From: Octopus vulgaris
Lineage: Eukaryota
Assembly (NCBI GenBank): GCA_951406725.2
Contig: OX597833.1
Span: 31,682,001 to 31,746,000 of the forward strand
Length of the DNA: 64,000 nucleotides
Reading direction: 5' to 3'
The position numbers were made by a program, and so were the translations under genes. Shown here in pieces: positions 53,787 through 64,000 of this stretch. The notes under the pieces were generated by a model that saw only the letters and a list, made by a program, of their open reading frames with translations, searched no databases and was not told the DNA's origin. The number at the start of each line of letters is the position of its first letter. Position 1 is the first letter of the stretch.

Positions 53787-54500
53787 GTGTGTATGCATTA
53801 TATATATAAATGTATACAAATTATATATATAATATATATATATATAAATACAGATATATACACTTTATATATATACATAATATATACATATTTATATATA
53901 GAACACACACACACACATATAAATTAACCCAATAATTATCTGATTCATAATATTTATTCTCATGATTGTGTGGTGCTGGTGGCGATGATAATTCTCTCTA
54001 TGAATACAGACAGACGTAAAGAGAGAGAAAGAGAGTGTGACAGCGCTGATGAAGGCAGCGGGGGAAAGATAGTAGACTTTCCCTCGCTTTCTCTTACTCT
54101 CTATCTTTCTCTATATCTCTCTCTCCCATTTATAAACAACAAAAGATCTTGATTAAGTTGAGAAAGAAAAACTTTTTATGCTTTATTCTCATTCACTCAT
54201 TATTACTTTCTCCCTTCCTTTCACTTTCTCTCTAAAACGTTATAGAGAGAGAGTGAAGGGAAGGGAGGTAGACACTGTGAAACGACGTTATAGAGAGAAA
54301 GTGAAGGGAAGGGAGGCAGACACTTTGAAAAGACTTTATAGATAGAAAGTGAAAGGAAGGGAGGAAGGAGAGTGAGAGATGGAGAAAGACAGACACATAA
54401 AGGAATGAGAGTAGACTTGTCAAAGTGTGCATTTTTGGCCCTAGCAACGACACCTTTTAAGATGGGGATTTCTAACCTAGCCCACTGGCATCCTCACCTC
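52888..54500 (-). mobile_element. Tandem non-autonomous Helitron copies, one containing an RTE 3' end
   Basis: Two 3' termini (hairpin ACC(C/T)GCGCGTAG..G(G)GT plus CTAG|T) at 52888 and 53227. RTE tail at about 53287-53594 and a minisatellite of about 48 bp at 54235-54365. The 5' boundary is uncertain. Confidence 0.7.
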
Positions 54501-54808
54501 ATTTTACATGTCCCTTTAAGCCATTGTCAATGCCAAAACCAGACAAACAAACTTTTTGCATTACAGAATTATATATATATATATATATATATATGCATCA
54601 GAATGATGTAAGAACTCAATAGGGCTTGAAATATATGCATCATCATCATCATCATCATTGTTTAGCATCCGCTTTCCAATATATGTATATTGTTGTATTT
54701 AGGAATGGTCATTTTGCCAGTTTAGCCAATAAAAACACACACACTATATATTTGGTGTTACTTTGCTTCAGCGTTATTTATTTTTTACATTAATCTTAAT
54801 CTTATTTC

Positions 54809-54853
54809 GGCCAGAGTTCTTTCGTCACACTCCTGTGACCGCATCAGTGGTCC
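54809..54853 (-). ncRNA. Degenerate hammerhead-like motif
   Basis: GGACCA-CTGATGC-G-GTCAC-AGGAGT-GTGAC-GAAA-GAAC-TC-TGGCC, in a short element between (TA)n tracts. Confidence 0.45.
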
Positions 54854-55051
54854 TTTGCTTTCTTCTTTCTTATTTGTGTGTCTCTCCTTACTAAACATCA
54901 GCCATTTTGTATTATATAAACGTAACATATATGCAAATATATATATATACATATATATGTATATATATATACATATATATGCATATATATATACATATGT
55001 ATGTATGTGTGTGTATATATATATATATATATACATGCATATATACATATT

Positions 55052-55083
<32 letters not shown>

Positions 55084-55141
55084 CATTAATATATATATAC
55101 ATATATATGCATATATATATGCACATATATATATATGTATT

Positions 55142-55189
<48 letters not shown>

Positions 55190-55199
55190 GCATATGTAT

Positions 55200-56102
55200 A
55201 TCATCATCATCGTTTAACATCCGCTTTCTATGCTAGCATGGGTTGGACGATTTTCACTGAGGGGTCGTGAACCAGATGGATGCACCAGGCTCCAATCTTG
55301 ATCTGGCAGAATTTCTACAGCTGGATGCCTTTCCTAATGCCAACCACTCTGAGAGTGTAGTGGATGCTTTTTACGTGCCACCGGCACGAGGGCCAGTCAG
55401 GCAGTACTGGCAATGACCTCGTTCGAATCTTTTTACACATGTCACCGGCACAGGTGCCAGTAAGGCGACGCTGGTAACGATCACGCTCGAATGGTGCCTC
55501 TTTACATGCTAGTTAGCCGCTCTGGCAATGATCACGCTCGGATGGTGCTCTTGGCACCCTACTACCACGGGCACAAGTGCCAGTAAGGTGACGCTGGTAA
55601 CGATCACACATGTATGGTGCCTTTTATGTGCCACTGGCACGGAAGCCAGTTAGTCGCTCTGTCAACGATCACACTCATATGGTGCTCTTTGCACCCCGCT
55701 AGCACGGATGCCAGTCATCGAATTTGATTTTGATTTCAGTTGCCTCAACAGGTCTTCGCAAGCAGAGTATAGTGTCTAAAGAAGGAAAAGGTATGCATAA
55801 GTGGGCTGGTTATGCTCCTGGCATAGGCCATGAGGTTATGGTCTCATTTGGCTTGCTGGGTCTTCTCAAGCACAGCATATTTCCAAAAGTCTCGGTCACT
55901 ACTCATTTCCTTGGTGAGGCCTAAAGTTCGAAGGTCGTGCTTCACCACTTCATCCCAGGTCTTCCTGGTTCTACCTTTTCCACAGGTTCCCTCAACCGCT
56001 AGGGTGTGGCACTTTTTCACACATCTATCATCATCCATTCTTGCTACAGGACCATACCAGCACTGTCGTCTTTCTTGCATACCACATCTGATGCTTCTTA
56101 GG
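55200..56102 (-). mobile_element. RTE LINE 3' end
   Basis: QERRQCWYGPV...GKGRTRKTWDEVVKHDL peptide, minisatellite 3'UTR and (GAT)n tail. Close to the 12900-13785 copy. Confidence 0.9.
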
Positions 56103-56281
56103 TATAATGTATGTACATATATATATATAATGTATGTATATATGTATTTGTGAATACATATAAATTTGACATGGGCAATTCTTTCTTGTCTAGGGATTCA
56201 CGGTCAAATGGCTGGGCGGAATTGAGCAAAAAATTACGCAAATGTGCTGAATGATCCAGTGGTGATGCTGAGCTTTTTACT

Positions 56282-56561
56282 TTTTTCATAGCTCCCATGG
56301 TTACTGAGATAATCTACAGTAATAATACTCTTGTATTTATGAATGTGAAAGGAAGGGGTGATAGATGAAAAAGGAAGGAAGGGGTGGTGTCATATTTTTC
56401 ATAGCTCCCATGGTTACCGAAATAATCTACTATAATAATACTCTCATATTTATGAATGAGAATGGAAGGGGTGATAGATGAAAAAGGAAGGAAGGGGTGA
56501 TGTCATATATTTTTCATAGGTCCCATGGTTATCAAGATAATCTACTATAATAATACTCTTG
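56282..56561. repeat. Tandem repeat of about 114 bp, 2.5 copies
   Basis: Units start TTTTTCATAG(C/G)TCCCATGGTT at 56282, 56395 and 56510. Confidence 0.9.
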
Positions 56562-56910
56562 GTGGTGGGATTATGAAAATTGTACTCTGAAAAAAATTAC
56601 ATACTCTACATGTTTATGTATGTAAAAGTGGGGTATGTGAATGTGTGTGTGTGTGTGTGTGCATGCGCAATGGAAATGGGATGGTTCATCTTTGTTCACT
56701 TAGTATTTGTGCTTATGTTTTAATTTGGTTGAATTTTGGTGGGTTTTTTTTATGTTGGTCAGTTATTTTTAGCATTTTCAGAGAAAAAAGTCATTCTAAA
56801 ATTGTTTTTTAACATAAGCATGCCCAAACAAGTTGAATGCTTACACAGGTTTTTAATATATGATATGTATATATATTTTATATATATATATATTATATAT
56901 ACACATATAT

Positions 56911-56956
<46 letters not shown>

Positions 56957-56958
<2 letters not shown>

Positions 56959-58815
56959 AATAAAAAATGGAGTCAACGCAGGTTTAAACAAGTATTTTTT
57001 CTTTCTACATATGTTTCAAAAATTCCACTGATACTTATTCAAAAGAATAAAAGGTATAAACAATGCAATCTTCTCTTCGGGAAAGTGATAAAACGAAACT
57101 TGTCAATACAACATTTTAGCAAAAAATGATGGATTCGTATAGCGATAGACAGAACGCTATTAATATTGTTTAAAAAAACGTTATATGATATAACGTCATA
57201 AGTAGCTAACAGAAAGAGTAGGGATATTAATAGTGAATGTTAAATATAAAGGAAATTAAAGTCTGAACTATATATAATGATAGAGACTACTTATATGCAC
57301 TAAAAGTATGTTTTTGCCAATGCTTACATCTGTATGCTCGTTCTATAACCGTGTTTACTAGAGTATTTTTAGAAAAAATAATGAAAAATAGCTCAGAATT
57401 GCAGAGAAGACAGAATTTCTTGCCTTTGTCATATGGTATCGAAATTGAGAGGATCAACCATTCCAAATGAAATTGTTCATTGTGGTCTTTTAAATTCCAA
57501 ATCAGTTTGCTGAGACGGATAAATGAATGAAAACGCTATTTGAAAACGCTATGAAAAAATACCGTTAAATAAAGGGAAATTACTGTGTTATAACTCTGCT
57601 TGCTTGCGTACTTATACATCTCTCGCATTTTTCGTCATAAAAATTATATAAAAATACATAAAAAACATATAAAAATATATAAAAATATATAAATTCTTCT
57701 TGGGACATAACATAGAAAGCATGTTCTATCTGTTTTCTTTAGGGGACCAAAAACGTAACAGAAATTTTGTCACATGTGGGCATGATCCGAAAAGCTCTGT
57801 CCTTGTATTTAGACATGTAGTAGGGTCTAAGCTGCTTTTCCAGATAAGCCATCTCTCCATGTCGCATAGACCGCACCTTCCACTGCCGTTGGTATAGGGC
57901 TTACATCTGGCCAAAATCTTCCATTGTATGTTATAATCGACACCTTTATCTCTTAAAGACCAAATATGATTAGATAATTGTGTCGCTTTTCTTTTGTTCC
58001 AGTGCCTAAAGCTATTTCCTAGCACTGATAGATAGACATTTTCCAGTTAACCATACTTATAGGAAACACTTCAATAGACACAATTTAAAAATTAGTTTTA
58101 GTTCAACTACCAATTTTAAAAACATAATCAAACATAACATACAAAAAACACAACAAGAAAACAGCTGTTCATGCAGGAATAAAGAATTGTGCCCGCTAAA
58201 TGGAGCTTGCATGTCCAAGACCATCATATATGAAGCTACTGTAAACTCTATAACCACTAAAGACACCGTTTCGATGAAGAAATACATGGGCCTTACGGAG
58301 GGTAATTTGAAGGCCAGGTTCAATAACCACACTTTGAGCTTTAGGCACTGGAACAAAAGAAAAGCGACACAATTATCTAATCATATTTGGTCTTTAAGAG
58401 ATAAAGGTGTCGATTATAACATACAATGGAAGATTTTGGCCAGATGTAAGCCCTATACCAACGGCAGCGGAAGGTGTGGTCTATGCGACATGGAGAGATG
58501 GCTTATCTGGAAAAGCAGCTTAGACCCTACTACATGTCAAAATACAAGGACAGAGCTTTTCGGATCATGCCCACATGTGACAAAATTTCTGTTACGTTTT
58601 TGGTCCCCTAAAGAAAACAGATAGAACATGCTTTCTATGTTATGTCCCAAGAAGAATTTATATATTTTTATATATTTTTATATATTTTTTATGTATTCTT
58701 ATATAATTTTTATGACGAAAAATGCGAGTAATGTATAAGTACGCAGGCAAGCAGAGTTATAACACAGTAATTTCCCTTTATTTAACGGTATTTTTTCATA
58801 GCGTTTTCAAATAGC
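56957..58815 (+). mobile_element. Penelope-like element with inverted pseudo-LTR
   Basis: Plus-strand GIY-YIG ORF 58187-58624 (CSC..CPLNGAC..IIYEATV..YMGLTEG..KARFNNH..SCPH). About 57535-58012 is an almost exact inverted copy of 58342-58815 and continues on the minus strand to 56957. Confidence 0.92.
57001..57085 (-). ncRNA. Type I hammerhead-like motif (CCGAAGA core, long stem II) in the inverted pseudo-LTR
   Basis: CTTTC-CCGAAGA-GAAGATT.CATTG...CAGTG.AATTTTT-GAAA-CATATG-TA-GAAAG. A related truncated copy at 41879-41950 ends GAAA-CATATG-TC-GAGAG. Confidence 0.65.
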
Positions 58816-58816
58816 C

Positions 58817-58879
58817 AGATAACCGAAGAGATGGTGTTGTGGATTTCCACTTCGGCATCTGAAACTCAGAGTTTTATCT
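58817..58879 (+). ncRNA. Type I hammerhead-like motif (CCGAAGA core)
   Basis: AGATAA-CCGAAGA-GATG...CATC-T-GAAA-CTC-A-GAG-TT-TTATCT. Confidence 0.6.
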
Positions 58880-59101
58880 TGATTACCGAGTAATGTAACA
58901 TATTATTGTATAGATAAATTTCCTCTATTTACATAATATTGAGGTCTCTTTCTTTCTTTTGTTAACTTACCGTTTTATCAATATATATATATTGAATGAA
59001 TGAGACCTCGATATTATATAAATAGAAGAATTTATCTGTACAGCTATACACACACACACACATATATATATATATCAAATATGTGTATATATATATTGTG
59101 T

Positions 59102-59420
59102 GAGGGCGCGTGGCTTAGTGGTTAGGGCATTCGGCTCATGATCGTAAGGTTGTGAGTTAGATTCCCGGCGATGCGTTGTGTCCTTGAGCAAGACACTTTA
59201 TTTCACGTTGCTCCAGTCCACTCAGCTGGCAAAAATGAGTTGTACTTGTATTTCAAAGGGTCAGCCTTGTCACTCTCTGTGTCACGCTGATTATCCCCGA
59301 GAACTACGTTAAGGGTACACGTGTCTGTGGAATGCTCAGCCATTTGCACGTTAATTTCACGAGCAAGCTGTTCCGTTGATCGTATCAGCTGGGACCCTCG
59401 TCGTCGTAACTGGCGGAGTC
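59102..59420 (+). mobile_element. tRNA-derived CORE-type SINE, family C
   Basis: A box TGGCTTAGTGG, B-box-like GAGTTAGATTCCC and CORE-like TGTGTCCTTGAGCAAGACACTT. Confidence 0.8.
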
Positions 59421-59825
59421 TTTTAATATATATATTATATATATGTATATATATAAATATATATATGGATATATATATATATATATATGATATATCTTGG
59501 CTACCGAATAATTGTCACATATTACATTTACAGATATATATATATAATATATATGTATATATATATGTATATATAATATATATGTATATAATGTCTTATA
59601 TATATAATAAATATATATAAGACATACATATATATATAATATAATAGATATATATATATATATATTAGATACATATACATATAATATTGTGATATATATA
59701 TGTATAATATATAGATGTATATATATATATGATATATATATATGTGTATAATATATATATATATATATATAATATAGACATATATAAATATGTAATATAT
59801 AGATATATATAAATATAATTATATA

Positions 59826-60171
59826 TGGAAATTGCAGATGTCTTACCAGTGCCGGTGGCATGTAAGAGAACCTTCCGTTTCGCGACCGTTGCCAGCGCCG
59901 CCCTGACTGGCCTCATGCCGGTGGCACGTAAAAAGCACCATCCGTTCGTGGCCGTTTGCCAGCTCTGTCTGGCACCTGTGCGGGTGGCACGTAAAAAGCA
60001 CCCACTACACTCACGGAGTGGTTGGCGTTAGGAAGGGCATCCAGCTGTAGAAACACTGCCAGATTTGACCGGGCCTGATGAAGCCTTCTGGCTTCACAGA
60101 CCCCAGTAGAACCGTCCAACCCATGCTAGCATGGAAAACGGACGCTAAACGATGATGATGATGATGATGAT
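59826..60171 (+). mobile_element. RTE LINE 3'UTR fragment
   Basis: GTGGCACGTAAAAAGCACC repeats, the conserved terminal segment and a (GAT)7 tail. Confidence 0.88.
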
Positions 60172-60280
60172 ATATATATATATATATGTATACACACATT
60201 ATATTTAGGTATATATATGTATATAATATATATATATATTTATATTATATATATAAATATATATATATATGAAATTTATA

Positions 60281-61356
60281 TTAATGTCTGTTTTCCATGT
60301 GGGCGAGGGTTGGATGGTTTGACTGAGGTCTGGAGAGCCAGCAGCTGCACCAGGATCCAGTCTGGTCTGGTATAATTTCTACAGCTAGTTGCACTTCCTA
60401 ATGCCAACTACTCTGAGAATGTAGTGGGCATTCTTTACGTTCCGCTGGCTCAGTAGCCAGTAAGGCAGGCCTGGCAACGATCACATTGGGATTTCTCTTT
60501 TTATGTGCCACCGGCACAGGATCCAGTGCAGCAGTCCTGGCATCAGTCACAGGTGGTTGGTGCTTTTTATGTGCCACAGGCACTGGAGCCTGTAAGGTAT
60601 GCCTGGCAACGAACATGTTCAAATGTTGCTTTTAAAGTGCCACTGGCATAGGAGCCAGTCAGCGAGGTACTAACATCGGTCACGATCAGTTGATGTCTTT
60701 TACATGCCACGAGCACAGTAGCCAGTCTTGGCAGACATGTCTCCATCCACATTTGGATGGTACCTTTGATGTGCCAGAAGGCACCAACCCCAACTATGAT
60801 ACTGGTTTTATTTGACTCAACAGGTCTTCTCATGCATATCACATAGCTGTCTTCATTCATATGTAACACATGGCCATACCAGTACAGGCATCTCTCTTGC
60901 ACATCACATTTGATGCCACTCATGCCCAACTTTTCTTCTAGGGCTCTTACACTCTGTCGTGTATGTACACTGACATTACACATCCAGCAGATCATACTAG
61001 CTTCATTTCTTTGAAGCCTACACAAATCGTCATCAGGCACGGCCCATGTTTCACTGCTGTGGAGCATGGCATCGTACAATCTACCTTTCTCTCTGAGCGA
61101 GATGCCCTTTTGTCATCAGTAGGGGTAGAAGCTATTCTTATTCTAGTTGTAATACTCTTTGAGCAGCCATTCCCACAACTGTCTTGTCTCCTACATAGTG
61201 GAAGCTATCAACTAATTCTAGTTTCTCACCCTAGCATGTGATGGAATTTGTTTTTTGAGAATCTGTGGTGTTTATTGCCCCTGTGCATCTGCCATACACG
61301 AAAGTTATCTTCCTGGTTAATATTGTTGCTGCACCTCTTATGTGTCCATAGCTTAT
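60281..61356 (-). mobile_element. Diverged RTE LINE 3' part
   Basis: ORF 60567-61079 (LHSSETWAV...RNEASMICWMCNVS...YWYGHVL) followed by RTE 3'UTR. Confidence 0.88.
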
Positions 61357-61386
61357 ACATTTATACATTTATACATATACATATAT

Positions 61387-61432
<46 letters not shown>

Positions 61433-61492
61433 GTTACATATGTGTATATATATATATACTTTATTTAAAAGCAGCAGAAATATAACAAAAGT

Positions 61493-61572
61493 TGTTACTC
61501 AGAGTTTCACGCTCCTGTTCAGCATTTTTTTTTTAACAAAACTGTCTGACGAACGGGAACGTAAAACTCTGA
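61493..61572. ncRNA. Inverted pair of partial minimal hammerhead-like motifs
   Basis: Plus strand: CTGT-CTGACGA-ACG-GGAA-CGT-AAAA-CTCTGA (truncated). Minus strand: ...CGT-GAAA-CTC-T-GAG-TA-ACA. Together they reconstruct a complete minimal type I motif. Confidence 0.55.
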
Positions 61573-61804
61573 TTCTTTCTCACGACAGTAGACTCACCAT
61601 GGCAAGTGAAATCGGGTTATATTAACCAAAATGTGAAAAGGGGTCTAAATGGGGCTGGAAGGCGATTAAAATTTACAGGAGCGGGTGTTTAGCAATTCTT
61701 TGTTACATCAAGCATTCAAAACTTCTTCATCATGGACGGCAACACATTGACGATTAAAAGGCTGGCACAAATTTTTTAGCTTGATGTAACAGAGAATTCC
61801 TAAA

Positions 61805-63100
61805 CTCTCTCTCTCTCTACGTCTGTCTGCATTCATAGAGAGAATTATCATCACCACAACAACCACCACACAATCATGAGAACAAATATTATGAATCAGA
61901 TATTATTGGGTTAATTTATATGTGTGTGTGTGTGTGTTCTATATATAAATATGTATATATAATGTATATATACAAAATGTACATATCTGTATTTATATAT
62001 ATATATATAATTTGTATACATTTGTATATATAATGCGTACACACACGCACACACACACATATATATAATGTGTGCATTATGTGGTCGGTTGTGCTGAAAG
62101 TATGCACACCTATGTTAAAAGTGCTGGCGTGTTTGCATGACAACTATTTTTTTCCTCAAATGGAAAGCGTGACCTCTAGGACAAAATTCATCATCTTATA
62201 AAATGTGGCCCGAGTAGACCCGAGTGAAATCGGGTTATATTAACCAAAATGTGAAAAGGGGTCTAAATGGGGCTGGAAGGCGATTAAAATTTACAGGAGC
62301 GGGTGTTTAGCAATTCTTTGTTACATCAAGCTAAAAAATTTGCGTCAGCCTTTTAATCGTCAGCGTGTTGCCGTCCATGATGAAGTTTTGAATGCTTGCC
62401 ATGGCGAGTCTACTGTCATGAGAAAGAATCACTTCAAAACTTGGTGTTTAGGAATTTTCTTTTACATCAAGTTCAAAATTTGACGCCAGCCATTAAACTG
62501 CCACTACATTGCCGTCCGTCGTTAAGAAATGCCAGCCATGGTGACTCTACTATCCTCAGATTCTATCCCTTCAAACTTTGGTTTCCAATATTTTATTATT
62601 TTTATTCAGCTCGCAAGTTCGTCTGTCCCTTTTAAATGTTAGTGTTTTGCTGTCTGCCTTGAAGCAGACCTTTCCGTTGTCACTGCCTGATATTTATGAT
62701 TGATCTTTCAAAATATTTTATTTCTCAACTTAAGATTTTTTGCTGTTTATAAATGGGAGAGAGATAGATAAAGATAGAGAGTAAGAGAAAGCGAGGGAGA
62801 GTCCGAGAGAAAGGAAGAGTAAGAGAGTGGGAAAGTGAGAGAGAAAAGAAAGAGAAACAAAGAGGGAGAATCATCATCATCGTTTAACGTCCGTTTTCCG
62901 TGCTAGCATGTGTTGGACGGTTTGATCGGGATCTGGGAAGCTAGGATGCTGCACCAGGCTCCAGTCTGATCTGGCAGTGTTTCTACAGCTGGATGCCCTT
63001 CCTAACGCCAACCACTCCGTGAGTGTAGTGGGTGCTTTTTTTGTGCCACTGGCACAGGTGCCAGGGGGGGCTGGCAGTGGACACAATCGGTTGGTGCTTT
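61805..63100 (+). mobile_element. Inverted relative of the 53227-54150 Helitron-like unit, including the same RTE 3' end
   Basis: 61805-62125 is the reverse complement of about 53680-54020, 62720-62800 of 54080-54160, and 62850-63100 of 53360-53615. Confidence 0.75.
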
Positions 63101-63197
63101 AGTATATATACATAATAAAATATATATGTATAATACAATATATATATAATGCAATATATATGTATATCATATACATATAGATATATATATATACATA

Positions 63198-64000
63198 CTA
63201 GCAGAATTGCCCGGCGATGCTCGGGGCTGAATTGCTTGAAAGTACTGTTAATGATTGCACTGAATTATGATGATTATTCAGGCAAATATTGATATAAGTT
63301 TACGGTGGGAGATAAGGACTTAATGATCAAACGTGTGCCATTGCATTGTTTTGGGGGAACCAAATTTCTTATGAGCATTATAGGGGCACCAACTTTAAGT
63401 TTGAGAATGTGTGGTGGTAGTCCGGTGGGCTCAAAGGAATTGAGTACCTCTATTGGATAGTTGATGACGTCCTCTGGGTCAGGAGTTGTATCGATAGACT
63501 TATATACATAGACATCCCCAGGAATGAGTTTTAGCATTTCATCATTAATATGGTGAACAGTTTTATTCCTCGGGGCCAGAATAGCCCTTTGGCCAATCCA
63601 ATCCATATTCTGATAATTAGCTTGTAGATCTGGGAACACTGCATCTCTGAGATCAGAAGGCGTTTTAACAATGGTATAAATGGAATCGATGGCAATATTA
63701 CCATTTTCATCCCCTGGTATTTTGCCTTCGCCAAGTGCAAGGAGGGTGTGAGACAATGCTGCTGAGGTGATATTACGTCGCATATGAGCACGCATATTGG
63801 TGTGAAGTTTGAGAGTCTTCACCAGTGGCCACAATGTGGATGACTTAAGACACGCACTTACTGCATCAGTTCTAGTCCCTTTGGGAATAACAGGAAGTGT
63901 TTGTCGGAAGTCCCCTGAAAGAAGAAGTGTTATGCCTCCCATGGGAGCTGAAGAGTGTTTGATGTCTCTGAGAGATCTATCTAGTGCCTCAAGAGCACTT
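63198..64000 (-). mobile_element. Helitron 3' end with PIF1-family helicase fragment
   Basis: ORF 63274-63942 has GDFRQTLPV, ILAPRN and GLPPHILKLKVGAPIMLIRNL...CNGTRL. The 3' hairpin CCCGAGCATCGCCGGG and CTAG|T end at 63198. The element runs off the window end. Confidence 0.92.

Overview
AT-rich, repeat-dense animal genomic DNA. The SINE families, (GAT)n-tailed RTE LINEs and long (TA)n/(CA)n tracts look like an octopus genome; this is inferred from repeat style, not from a search. Two host genes are supported: the last three coding exons of NAA50 (1811-6458, +) and a solitary intronless histone H2A.X (20906-21325, +) ending in SQSQEF, with a TATA box, E2F-like sites and a histone 3' stem-loop. 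The rest is mostly decayed or nested transposons: RTE and CR1-type LINEs, tRNA-derived SINEs, an IR/DR Tc1, mariners, a hAT, Merlin-like MITEs, piggyBac-like pieces, Helitrons and Penelope-like (GIY-YIG) elements. The most notable signal is a dispersed set of about ten type I hammerhead-ribozyme-like motifs from several unrelated sequence families. They have tiny or palindromic stem III and canonical or variant cores (CUGANGA, UUGAAAA, CCGAAGA). Several lie in long inverted repeats next to (TA)n tracts or in Penelope pseudo-LTRs. All folds were read by eye and none is shown to be active.
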